Source: Haloferax volcanii DS2
GTDB lineage: Archaea > Halobacteriota > Halobacteria > Halobacteriales > Haloferacaceae
Assembly (NCBI RefSeq): GCF_000025685.1
Contig: NC_013967.1
Span: forward strand, 1,290,001 to 1,322,000
Direction of reading: 5' to 3'
Length of the DNA stretch: 32,000 bases
Part shown: one piece after another, positions 1 through 8,229 of the stretch
Layout: the number at the start of each line of letters is the position of its first letter
How positions within the stretch are numbered: position 1 is the stretch's first letter
The notes under the pieces: generated by a model
Told to the model about the DNA's origin: nothing
Database searches by the model: none
Seen by the model: only the letters and a program-made list of their open reading frames with translations
Translations under genes and position numbers: made by a program

Positions 1-150
1 GTGGACGGAGCCCACCGCGCCGGTCTCGACGCCGCGTGGTGCCCGGTCGAGACGGGCGACGAAGGCGACCCGGACCCGACCTCGTACGCCCCGGCGTACG
101 TCCTCCGGTCGCTCACCGAGTTCTCGACGATTCTCGACGGCGGGCCGTGA
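1..150 (+). CDS. 3' end of an unidentified CDS entering from upstream of the window (HAD-like hydrolase C-terminus is only a weak guess)
   Basis: Frame 1 is open from base 1 to TGA at 148-150 with GC-rich third codon positions. Tail reads ...HRAGLDAAWCPVETGDEGDPDPTSYAPAYVLRSLTEFSTILDGGP. It is too short for a firm family call. Confidence 0.3.
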   Translation: MDGAHRAGLDAAWCPVETGDEGDPDPTSYAPAYVLRSLTEFSTILDGGP

Positions 151-241
151 CTCGGCTCCCGCGGCGTCGCCGTCGCCATCGCCATCGGCCGCCGCGAGCC
201 GTCCGCTGGACCTTTGTTCGCGTCACCCGTAGAGTGGTTCC

Positions 242-1246
242 ATGAACCCCGTCGAGGGCGTGCTCGCCCGCGAGTTCCCCGAGCGACGCGTCGCGGCGAC
301 GGCCCGCGTTCCGAACGGGAACCACAAGCAAACCGCGGTCGCGACGTTCGCCGACGGCGGGGAAGTCGTCGTCCAGACGGCGGCCGACGCCGCGGCGCTG
401 GCCGTCGAAGCCGCCCTCTCGCGGGCGGTCCGCGAGCGCACGTCGATTCCGGTCCCCCGCGTCCTCGCGTCGGGCGCGCTCGACGGGGCCGGCTACGTCG
501 TCACGGAGCGCGCCGCCGGCGACGAACTCCACGAGCGGTTCGTCTCGCTCGATGCGACGGCCCAGCGGCGGGTCGCCCGGTCGTTCGGCGTCGGCCTCGG
601 CCAGCTCCACGAACAGTTCACTTTCGACGGCTACGGTCGGCTTGCGGGCTCTCCTCGCGGCGGACAGCGAGCCGACGGTGGCGAAGCGACCGCGGGCGGA
701 GCCGGGTTCGAATCGGAACCGGCGACCAACCGCGGATTCGACGCCACGAGCGCCGACGACAGCGATTGGGAGGCGTGGTTCTCCGCCTACGCCCGCGAGG
801 GAATTGCCGCGCTCCCGGCCGCGTTCGACGGGTGTCGAAAGCGGTTAGCGGACGCCGTCGCGGCCGCGTCGCTCCCCGCGAACCCGCCGGTGCGGCTCTA
901 TCCGTGGGACTTCAGACCGGGGAACGCGCTCGTCGAGGACGACCGGGTCTCGGCCGTCCTCGACTGGGGACAGCCGATGGCCGCCGCGCCGGGACTCGCC
1001 GTCGCCAAAGTCGAACACCTCGTCGCTGACTGGTACGTCGAAGACGGCGCGCCGCTCCGCCGGGCGTTCCGCGCGGGCTACGAGTCGGTCCGGCCGCTCC
1101 CACCGGTCCCGCGCGCCTATCGGGTCGCCGCCGTCGTCCACTCGGCCGTCGATTCGGCGGGCGAGGTGACCCGCCCCGGCTACCCCGAGCGAACCGGCGC
1201 GGCCGCGGTCGACTTCCACCGAGCGCGACTCGACGCGTGGTTGTGA
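242..1246 (+). CDS. Aminoglycoside/choline-kinase-type phosphotransferase family protein (APH fold)
   Basis: 334-aa ORF. The catalytic-loop-like segment LYPWDFRPGNALVEDDRVSAVLDWGQ resembles the APH family H/DxDxxxxN...DW pattern. Composition is acidic and haloarchaeal. Confidence 0.65.
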   Translation: MNPVEGVLAREFPERRVAATARVPNGNHKQTAVATFADGGEVVVQTAADAAALAVEAALSRAVRERTSIPVPRVLASGALDGAGYVVTERAAGDELHERFVSLDATAQRRVARSFGVGLGQLHEQFTFDGYGRLAGSPRGGQRADGGEATAGGAGFESEPATNRGFDATSADDSDWEAWFSAYAREGIAALPAAFDGCRKRLADAVAAASLPANPPVRLYPWDFRPGNALVEDDRVSAVLDWGQPMAAAPGLAVAKVEHLVADWYVEDGAPLRRAFRAGYESVRPLPPVPRAYRVAAVVHSAVDSAGEVTRPGYPERTGAAAVDFHRARLDAWL

Positions 1247-1353
1247 GTCGTGGGGGGAGTGGCGTCGACCGGGACGAACCGCCCCGTCGACGGCGCGCTG
1301 TGACCGTCGCGGCGACACGAACTACTAATTCTGAGTGCGTGGTATAGTCACGC

Positions 1354-1661
1354 ATGGTACGAGAAGACGGCAAGCGAAACTTCGTCCACTTCGAGGACGG
1401 CGAGGAGACGAGCGTGTTCAGCGGAACGTATCCCCGGCAGGCGGCGCTGAAGGCCGCCCGCCGACTCCATCCCGCACCCAGCCCCGACGACATCGACGGG
1501 AAGGCGACGCTCAGCCTTCGCGAGCGCGGCACCGACCGCGTCCACATCTACGAGGGCTGGCGTGGACCGAGGAGAAAGACGACGACGCCCCCGAGTGGAT
1601 GGACGACCACGTCACCCGGGCGAACGTCTCGAAGCAGGGCATCGAACATCTCGAAGCGTAA
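1354..1661 (+). pseudogene. Archaeal chromatin protein MC1, reading frame broken by an apparent 1-nt deletion near 1558-1562
   Basis: The N-terminal half (frame of 1354) reads MVREDGKRNFVHFEDGEETSVFSGTYPRQAALKAARRL...LRERGTDRVHIYEGW. The C-terminal half (frame of 1335 ORF) reads AWTEEKDDDAPEWMDDHVTRANVSKQGIEHLEA and ends at 1661. Together they match the MC1 pattern (..RNFVLR..G.E..VFTG..PRQAALKAA.R....LRERGT.KVH.F..W......P.WM......V.K..IE.LE). The halves sit in different frames and switch at ctggcgtgg. Confidence 0.7.
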
Positions 1662-1745
1662 GCCGGGGGTTCGGCGGGGCCGGTGGACCCCGGCTTCGGT
1701 TTTTCGGGCTGTTTCGGACCTGCGTCGCGCACGCGCACCGACGGC

Positions 1746-3083
1746 TCAGTCGCCGGCCTGCGCCGCCTCGCCGTGACCGCCGTGGCCGTCATCACCAACA
1801 GACTCCGAGCGGTGGAGCCAGTAGAGGACGCCGAACAAGCCGGTCGCGAACACGTTCAACACGAGTTTGTAGTCGGCCTCGATACTCACCTCCGCGATTT
1901 GGACGCTCTCGGGGGCCGGGATGAGCCCCGCGCCGAGGAAGACGAAGTGGATGACGACGCCCGTCAGGACCGCCGCCACGAATATCATCCCCGAGAGGAC
2001 GGCCGCGAACGTCGTCCCGTAGTACTCGCGGTAGGCGTCCACGATGGGCGGGACGATGAGGTCGGCGTAGATGTAGCTCAGGACGCTCCCGAACGGCAGG
2101 CCGTTCGAAAAGAGGACCGCCCCGAACGGGACGTTCCCGACCGAGCAGACGAAGGTGGCGACGCCGATGACGGCCCCGAGGACCGCGGTCCAGAAGACGT
2201 ACACCGGCAGCCCGAACGTCGGCCCCGAGAACACCGAGGTCCACACCGCGTCGGGGATGAAGCCGGCGATGAGGCCGGCGAAGACGAAGCCGATGGCGAT
2301 TTCGTCCCAGAGCATCCCCCACTCCTTCCACTGCTTGTCGGCCAGCGCCTTCCACCCCGACAGCGACGTGGCCCGCTCGCGAACCGTCGTGTTGGCCTCT
2401 TCGGGGTCGAAGCTCTCCTTGCACGACTTCGAGCAGAAGTAGAACGTCCGGCCGTCGCGTTCGACGCTGTACTCCGTCTCGTCGGGGTCGACTTCCATCC
2501 CGCAGACGGGGTCGCGGACGGTCTCGCTTCCCTCGTCTTGGACGTTCCGTCGGGCCTGCTCGACCACCTCGTCGGGCACGAGGTAGACGAAGCCGAACGC
2601 CATCAGCCCGATGAGGATGAACCCGCCGAGGATGTCGGCCACGAGGAACTGCCAGCCGAGCAGAATCCAGATGACCGCGCCGATTTCGATGACGAGGTTG
2701 GTCGAGGCGAACATGAACGCCCCGAGGGTCGCCGCCGCGGAGCCGCCTTTCTTAAAGAGGTTCTTCGCGGTGGCGATGGCGCTGTACGAACACGACGAGG
2801 AGACGAAGCCGAACAGCGAGCCGTAGCCGATTTCGCGCGGGCCGTGGCCCTCGAGCAGCTCAGAGACCTCCTCGCCGGAGGTCCACGCCTCCACGCCGCC
2901 GGCGATGGCGAAGCCGACGACGAGCGCCCACCACGTCACCCACGCCATGGCCGCGGTGGTTGAAAGCGCCTCTCGGGCGCTCTCGACGAGGAACGTCCCG
3001 AGCGGCTGTGTGGTCGTGAACACGCCGAGTCCGACCGTCGCGGCTGCGATGACCGCGAGTATCGCGTATTCGCTCCGGTCCAT
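1746..3083 (-). CDS. Multi-pass permease (COG0701/ArsP-like predicted permease) with an inserted cytoplasmic YHS/TRASH metal-binding domain
   Basis: 445-aa ORF with many hydrophobic segments. The central segment DPVCGMEVDPDETEYSVERDGRTFYFCSKSCKESF is a classic YHS/TRASH CxxC...C motif. Confidence 0.8.
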   Translation of the reverse strand: MDRSEYAILAVIAAATVGLGVFTTTQPLGTFLVESAREALSTTAAMAWVTWWALVVGFAIAGGVEAWTSGEEVSELLEGHGPREIGYGSLFGFVSSSCSYSAIATAKNLFKKGGSAAATLGAFMFASTNLVIEIGAVIWILLGWQFLVADILGGFILIGLMAFGFVYLVPDEVVEQARRNVQDEGSETVRDPVCGMEVDPDETEYSVERDGRTFYFCSKSCKESFDPEEANTTVRERATSLSGWKALADKQWKEWGMLWDEIAIGFVFAGLIAGFIPDAVWTSVFSGPTFGLPVYVFWTAVLGAVIGVATFVCSVGNVPFGAVLFSNGLPFGSVLSYIYADLIVPPIVDAYREYYGTTFAAVLSGMIFVAAVLTGVVIHFVFLGAGLIPAPESVQIAEVSIEADYKLVLNVFATGLFGVLYWLHRSESVGDDGHGGHGEAAQAGD

Positions 3084-3348
3084 GTGATTGAGTATGAGGG
3101 AAGCCGTACCTAACTGGGTTGTGCCTAGCAGAATCGGGGTCCCGGCGCGACGCGAGTTCTGATTGTGAACTCCGACGGGGCGGAGAGTTCAGAACGTGAG
3201 CCGTCGCGTTCGGCTCGCGCCGTCGGAGCGACGGAGCGTCACCGGCTCGAAACTCGCTCGGGCGTCAAACGTCCCGTAGGAGGCGTAATACGGCCTGTCT
3301 CTCGGGGTACCCAGAAAGTTAACTTCGAGTAGCACCTCCGTTTCTCCC

Positions 3349-4026
3349 GTGACTATCACTACGGAGATCGTTATTCGTTCGTCTGCGCTGCCGTTCGTCC
3401 GTCTCGCGAAATCGGTTCCGTCGAACCAGATCGAATGCGTACACGGCCTCTGCCACGAGGGGAACTCTCGGGTGTTCATGCTCTACGTCGACCCCGACGC
3501 GGACATCTCCGAACCCGACCTGTTGGCCTTCGACGAAGTCGTCGCCGTCGACGCGCTCGGGCGCGCGAGCGGTAAGGACGTCTTCCAAACCACCATCCAA
3601 CTGGACGACGTCGTCTCGGAAGCGTTCGCCCCCGAGCGGTTCACCGCGACCCAGGTGGAGCGGACGGTCGTCACGCCCGACGGCTGGTACGAAAAGAAGC
3701 TCTTTCAGAACTACAACGCGTTCAACGGGATGCGAACCCGCTGCGAGGAGTACGGTATCTCTATCGAGCTGATTTCTATCACGCAGAACCCCCGGGAACG
3801 CGACGAGTCGTCGCAGTACGGACTGACCGAGCGACAACAGGAGGCGCTGACGCTCGCCATCTCCCGCGGCTACTACGAGAGCCCGCGGCAGGTCTCGACC
3901 GAAGAGCTCGCCGAGGAGATGGGTATCTCGCAACCCTCCATGTCGAGTCTCCTCCGCCGCGGCGAGCGCCAGCTTCTCACCTCCGCGCTCGGCTCGCAGT
4001 CGCAGATCAACACGGTCAGCAGATAG
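3349..4026 (+). CDS. Bat-type (HTH_10) helix-turn-helix transcriptional regulator
   Basis: 225-aa ORF with a GTG start. The C-terminus LTERQQEALTLAISRGYYESPRQVSTEELAEEMGISQPSMSSLLRRGERQLL is the typical haloarchaeal bacterio-opsin-activator-type HTH_10 domain. Confidence 0.75.
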   Translation: MTITTEIVIRSSALPFVRLAKSVPSNQIECVHGLCHEGNSRVFMLYVDPDADISEPDLLAFDEVVAVDALGRASGKDVFQTTIQLDDVVSEAFAPERFTATQVERTVVTPDGWYEKKLFQNYNAFNGMRTRCEEYGISIELISITQNPRERDESSQYGLTERQQEALTLAISRGYYESPRQVSTEELAEEMGISQPSMSSLLRRGERQLLTSALGSQSQINTVSR

Positions 4027-4149
4027 CGACGGACCCCAGCTTCGTGTTCCGATGGCCGTGACCCCGAACCGGCGACAGTATTTAAACACCCCATTCCAGA
4101 TAGCATCGAAACCAAGTCATACGACACCCAACTGAGAGGTGAGACAACC

Positions 4150-4863
4150 ATGGATATCACCGAAGGCTGTGCGAACCCGTCCGTCGAAGGACCCGAGGAG
4201 TACTTCACGGGAGACGCCCGACTTGACCCCCTGTTCGACTCTCAGAGCGAGGCCCGCGCGGCGGCCGCGAGCGTCACGTTTGAGCCGGGCGCTCGCACCG
4301 CGTGGCAGGCGCTGGACGCGATTGACGTGGACGCCGGTGACCGCGTTCTCATCCACGCCGCGGCCGGCGGCGTCGGTCACTTCGCCGTCTAGTTCGCACG
4401 GGAGCGGGACCTCCACGTTATCGGCACCGCCTCGGGGTCGAACGAAGAGTATCTCCGAGAACTCGGCGTCGACGAGTTCGTCAACTACCGCGAACAGCGC
4501 TTCGAAGAGGTGCTCGAGCCGGTCGACGGAGTTATCGACGGCGTCGGCGGAGAGACCTTCGACCGGTCCCTCGAAATCCTGAACGAAGGCGGTACCATCG
4601 ACAAGCTCCCGAGTCCGCCGACCGACGAGCAACAGGAACTGGCGGACGAACAGGGCGTCGAAGCGATCATGACGACCGTCCGCTGGAACGGTGAGTGGTT
4701 CGAAGACATCACCGAGCTACTCGCAGACGGCACCGTCTCGGTGACGCTCGACACGGTGTTGCCGCTCTCCGAAGCGACGGAAGCCCACCGGCTGAGCGAG
4801 GCGAAACACGCCCGCGGGAAGATTATCCTCACACCCGGCGACGACGAGTCCGCGTCGAACTAA
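4150..4863 (+). pseudogene. Chimeric pseudogene: cupin N-terminal fragment fused to the C-terminal two thirds of an MDR-family NADPH:quinone oxidoreductase, with an in-frame TAG at 4390-4392
   Basis: ORFs 4150-4392 and 4510-4863 share one frame and read continuously except for the TAG (..AAAGGVGHFAV*FARERDLHVIGTASG..). The first ~52 aa (GPEEYFTGDARLDPLF...ASVTFEPGARTAW) look cupin-like. The sequence from TAWQALDAIDVDAGDRVLIHAAAGGVGHFAV onward is a zinc-independent MDR quinone-reductase Rossmann part, ending ...AHRLSEAKHARGKIILTP. Confidence 0.6.
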
Positions 4864-4958
4864 TCGTCGCGTCCTACCCCGGGCGTCGATTCGGACGAAC
4901 GTGAGGCAGCTCCGCCGCACAGGGATGCTTCTCCGCTCACGTTGTCCGCCGAAAAATC

Positions 4959-4972
4959 ATGGGCGCTACAGG
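4959..4972. repeat. attR core: displaced copy of the tRNA-Arg 3' end
   Basis: Exact 14-nt match to 17486-17499. On the minus strand it is followed by GATTTTTCGG, a T-tract expected of the original tRNA terminator. Confidence 0.6.
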
Positions 4973-5034
4973 GGTTCCGTGAACGGGGTATATAAACCAC
5001 CTCTCGCGTTCGGATATGTCGAACACTCATTGTT

Positions 5035-6081
5035 CTACCACGGGAGGTGATTCCGCCGCTGTTCGGCCCGCTCACGCTCTCCACGGCGGTCATAGTGCTT
5101 ATCGAGCACCAGGTCACTCGCGTCGAGGCGGTCAGACACCACCCGACGCGGCACTTCCTCCCGCCGATAGAGCGTAACCACCCCCTTCCGAACGTCGTGG
5201 GGAGACCGAGAAGACGGACACGTACTGACGTGATTCAGTTCCACCGCCTCGCACGTCTCGATGTCTCGATTGTGCGGGCAACCCTGATTCAGCCAGCACG
5301 GGCGAGTAACCACGTACACGTCCTGCCGAATCGTACTCGCGGAAACCCGTCCGTGAGAAGTCGTCAGTAGCGGCTTCCGACCGAACTCGTCGGTCTTGTC
5401 GACACGCGGGCCGTCGATGTACGCCTGTAACATCGTGCCCACCCGGTCAGACACCGAGTTGAACCGCTCCCCTTTCTCGCCGTTCTTGATGGGCGTGCCC
5501 TGGTCGGGCCGGTGCTTGTACCGGACGACCGGCGTCCGGCCGTCGAGGTCGAGGTCGCGCAGGTCGAGGCCACGAATCGCGCCCATCCGCGCGCCCGTCT
5601 CCCACAGCAACGCGAATTCGACGTGCCGCCGGGAAGCGTAGTGGTAGCGGTGGAGGTATTCGAGGATGTCAGTCGCCCGGTCCGGTTCGAGCGTCGAATC
5701 ACTCACGTCGTCCGTCCCGGACAACTTCGGCAGCGGCACCCGCTCGTAGAAGTCCTCGGGAACCGCGTGGATGTTCGCCGCGAACCGGAGGAACGCCCGA
5801 AGCGTAGTGAGCTGTGATTTGAGCGTGACCGGCGCGATTTCCTCCGGCGTCTCGCCGTCCTCCACGCCGAAGTTCCCTTCGCGTCTCCAGACGCGGAACT
5901 CGTAGAGGTCCCGGCCGTCGAGCTCGGTCAGGTCGTCGACGCCTGATTCTTCGCACCACTCGACGAACGCCCGGAGTCGGTACTTGTGGGACTTCAACGT
6001 CCAGTCCGCGAGTTCGTCCTGGCGGGCCTCCAGGTACATTCGGACCGCGCGAGCAGGTTCGAGCGATTCGAGCTCACTCAT
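5035..6081 (-). CDS. int: Tyrosine recombinase / phage-type integrase
   Basis: 348-aa ORF with an N-terminal SAM-like core-binding region (LKSHKYRLRAFVEWC). The catalytic pattern is Arg in ETGARMGAIRGL, HxxR in SPHDVRKG, and the tyrosine region LDKHYDRR. It lies next to the att repeat. Confidence 0.9.
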   Translation of the reverse strand: MSELESLEPARAVRMYLEARQDELADWTLKSHKYRLRAFVEWCEESGVDDLTELDGRDLYEFRVWRREGNFGVEDGETPEEIAPVTLKSQLTTLRAFLRFAANIHAVPEDFYERVPLPKLSGTDDVSDSTLEPDRATDILEYLHRYHYASRRHVEFALLWETGARMGAIRGLDLRDLDLDGRTPVVRYKHRPDQGTPIKNGEKGERFNSVSDRVGTMLQAYIDGPRVDKTDEFGRKPLLTTSHGRVSASTIRQDVYVVTRPCWLNQGCPHNRDIETCEAVELNHVSTCPSSRSPHDVRKGVVTLYRREEVPRRVVSDRLDASDLVLDKHYDRRGERERAEQRRNHLPW

Positions 6082-6386
6082 CGAATCACCCCCGAATCGG
6101 GTTCACTTCCGGTCCATTCGCTACGCTTACAACCGCGGTGCGATAACTCAATCATGGCTTCCATTGTGAGGCCGCGGTCCGGGTCGAGGACGCCAACCCT
6201 GCCAGAAGCAGCGTCCTCGAAAGGGACCGTCAGCCGGGTAATCCATTCGATACCCCTACTTAAAGTCCTGAGCCATAGCCGCGGAGTGAAAGTGTACGTT
6301 TGAGCGAAAGTAAAACCCATTTCTGTCAGTCTGTCAACAGCCGTCCGTCGTGGGGCTTCAATAGCCCGAGTCGTGTAGGCAAACAT
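6078..6386 (-). CDS. Hypothetical protein upstream of and overlapping the integrase start (ATGA overlap)
   Basis: 102-aa ORF whose TGA (6080-6078) overlaps the integrase ATG (6081-6079). I recognise no motif, so the call rests only on the coupling geometry and ORF length. Confidence 0.3.
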   Translation of the reverse strand: MFAYTTRAIEAPRRTAVDRLTEMGFTFAQTYTFTPRLWLRTLSRGIEWITRLTVPFEDAASGRVGVLDPDRGLTMEAMIELSHRGCKRSEWTGSEPDSGVIR

Positions 6387-6602
6387 GCTTCCGTACCTGT
6401 ATTACGGGAGCCACCGCGGGCCAGCGTGGCAGCGCTGGGTCCGCTTCTGACGCCGACTGAACAACAGTCAGCGTCGCGTGTAGCTTCCGTTGGCCGATAG
6501 AACAGATTGTCTGTACTTAATTCTACCTGCGATATTCGTATCTATAGATAAGGATTAGATTTTTTCAGAGTGGGATTAAATAAGTGAAGTCGCCTTATCG
6601 GG

Positions 6603-6893
6603 ATGATAATCACATTCCGGCGTATTCAGAATTGTATGAGAAGACGGGCAGACTGGTGGGTCTTGGCAGATGACATGATCCTAGAGTATATCTCAGACGA
6701 AGGAACAGGAACACCGAAGGTCATCAGCAAAGAGATCGACAGGAGTCAGGGCTACGTCAACCAGCGGTGCAGTCTGCTCGAGTCGTACGGCCTTCTGACG
6801 AAAGTTGCCCGCGGAGTCTACACGTTATCTGAAGCAGGAAAGCAGTACCTTTCTGAGGATTTGGACGCTTCAACGTTAGAGAAAAGCGAGTAA
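6603..6893 (+). CDS. Winged-helix DNA-binding protein, resembling small haloviral repressor-type (phiH1-repressor-like) wHTH proteins
   Basis: 96-aa ORF in the AT-rich island. The pattern DWWVLADDMILEYI..GTPKVISKEIDRSQGYVNQRCSLLESYGLLTKVARGVYTLSEAGKQYL has typical wHTH architecture (helices followed by a G.Y.L wing). The true start may be the internal Met at 6636. Confidence 0.6.
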   Translation: MIITFRRIQNCMRRRADWWVLADDMILEYISDEGTGTPKVISKEIDRSQGYVNQRCSLLESYGLLTKVARGVYTLSEAGKQYLSEDLDASTLEKSE

Positions 6894-6900
6894 GGTAGCA

Positions 6901-6950
6901 CCCACCACCCTTACCCGTAAGGGGGCGGGTGGATGGGTGGTTTGTTGTTT
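6901..6950 (+). terminator. Putative terminator: stem-loop followed by a T-rich tract
   Basis: CCCACCACCC (6901-6910) can pair with GGGTGGaTGGG (6927-6937, one bulge). An inner hairpin CCCTTA-cccg-TAAGGG lies at 6908-6923. The structure is followed by TTTGTTGTTTG, directly after the wHTH stop codon. Confidence 0.3.
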
Positions 6951-7043
6951 GAATTTGTCAGTCAATTCAATAACTGAATTCTTAGTGAGGTTGAAACAGT
7001 TCTAGACATAACGACTTTTACTACAGAAGCATATCCAACAATA

Positions 7044-8123
7044 ATGAAGAGAGGAATTGACACTTCTGAGGTTGAACAAAAACTACCGATCACCACAGAA
7101 TTATATGGTCGTGCGATTCCATCTGGAATAATATATGATCCAGACTATGAAAATGATGCACTCCCAGAATTCCTGGATGATGAAGACTGGATAACGTATA
7201 TACCAAACCAAGATGGCGAACTGAGTTTTGTCAAAAGTGAACCAATTACTAGTGTGTACTTCGGGAAAGAGCCAGAGAACCCAGAGACAGACATAAATTT
7301 GCAATTTTTTGATGTTTATTATCAACATCTTTCCTTCCCAAATATTATGGGTCTTATGCCGAGTCTACTAGATGACATCAGAAATTTAGCCACGGTATTA
7401 TCAAAAGTCGCATACTACCAGTCAGATCTTTCAGATCTTAATGCAGCGATCCAGCAATTCATTCGCACAGAGTTGGAGTATCTATTTATGGTCTCAAGAA
7501 GCGCATATGACAACCTTCAATTCATCATTGCGAATACGTGGGAAAAGTTACACACTATAGACGGAGATGAAGACTATAGTGCCCAATTGCCAACCAGCTC
7601 TTTTAAAGACGTGGCACTTAGCGGGAATGATCCTGTTCCAGTAGAAGACCTTGAGGACAAATATGGGCTCCCAAAAGCGCTAGCGGAATTCTATTCTGAT
7701 GAAGCCGTGTTCTTTTCAAAGATTCGTGAGTTCAGAGATTCGGTCACCCACCAAGGAGACTCTCCAAAAACTATATTCATTGCGAGTGATGGGTTAGCAG
7801 TTGACACGACCAAAGAACCGTACTGTAATTTTAATGTATGGGAAGATGAGCACATCGTTAATAATGGAATAGCACCGCTTTGGCCATTCATCGCACACGT
7901 AGTTGATCAGACGGTGTCTGCTCTCAAGCGATTCATAGTTGGTCTCTTTGATCAGAGAATCAAGGTACTACCACCGATAGCAAAGGGATATGATGTTTAT
8001 ATTCGCGGAGGGAATGTCGGGAATTTGAACCACTTGGACAGTCTAATGCATGATGACCGATGGGGAAAAGAGTTCATCAAGTCTGTAGAAGAAAGAGTCC
8101 AACATTCACCACCCTCTAACTGA
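7044..8123 (+). CDS. Hypothetical acidic protein with an HEPN-like Rx4H motif (candidate RNase/abortive-infection-type effector)
   Basis: 359-aa ORF, the longest in the AT-rich segment. The protein is still acidic and halophile-like (DPDYENDALPEFLDDEDW). The motif IREFRDSVTHQG resembles the HEPN [LF]R[ND]xxxH signature and is preceded by predicted helical segments (ELEYLFMVSRSAYDNLQFIIANTWEKL). Confidence 0.65.
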   Translation: MKRGIDTSEVEQKLPITTELYGRAIPSGIIYDPDYENDALPEFLDDEDWITYIPNQDGELSFVKSEPITSVYFGKEPENPETDINLQFFDVYYQHLSFPNIMGLMPSLLDDIRNLATVLSKVAYYQSDLSDLNAAIQQFIRTELEYLFMVSRSAYDNLQFIIANTWEKLHTIDGDEDYSAQLPTSSFKDVALSGNDPVPVEDLEDKYGLPKALAEFYSDEAVFFSKIREFRDSVTHQGDSPKTIFIASDGLAVDTTKEPYCNFNVWEDEHIVNNGIAPLWPFIAHVVDQTVSALKRFIVGLFDQRIKVLPPIAKGYDVYIRGGNVGNLNHLDSLMHDDRWGKEFIKSVEERVQHSPPSN

Positions 8124-8225
8124 TTGTTTTTGAAGAATCCTATGTAACTCCGCCCAGTCTTCGAACGGGTCCTGAGACAGGTCATTCGGAAGATGCCACA
8201 CCCAGGGCGCGGCGTCGTCCAAGTC
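8124..8225 (-). pseudogene. Remnant of the 3' end of a second, diverged pleolipovirus NTPase gene
   Basis: The minus-strand translation DLDDAAPWVWHLPNDLSQDPFEDWAELHRILQ aligns without gaps to the C-terminus of the intact NTPase (DPDDAAPWAWNLPSDLFQEQFENWSEFHKILQ). By hand count, 21/32 aa and 72/96 nt are identical (8130-8225 vs 9321-9416). No upstream part of the gene is present. Confidence 0.65.
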
Positions 8226-8229
8226 GGAG

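Noticed and set aside
1683-2963. Long antisense or alternative-frame ORFs in GC-rich DNA (for example 1683-2963+, 214-1029+, 12589-14025+, 19802-20872-, 22462-24150+, 28822-29751-)
   Set aside because: Their translations are Arg/Pro/Gly/Ala-rich low-complexity sequence typical of shadow ORFs opposite real genes in ~67% GC genomes. Each overlaps a gene with clear family motifs on the other strand or frame.
4390-4392. In-frame TAG in the oxidoreductase fragment read as pyrrolysine or programmed read-through
   Set aside because: Halobacteria are not known to encode the Pyl system. The gene is also an N-terminally chimeric fragment, so a nonsense mutation in a pseudogene is the simpler explanation.
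5035-6081. SSV-type integrase that is split by integration (att inside the int gene)
   Set aside because: The integrase ORF is intact, with the full R...HxxR...Y set. The att repeat lies about 60 nt outside the gene.
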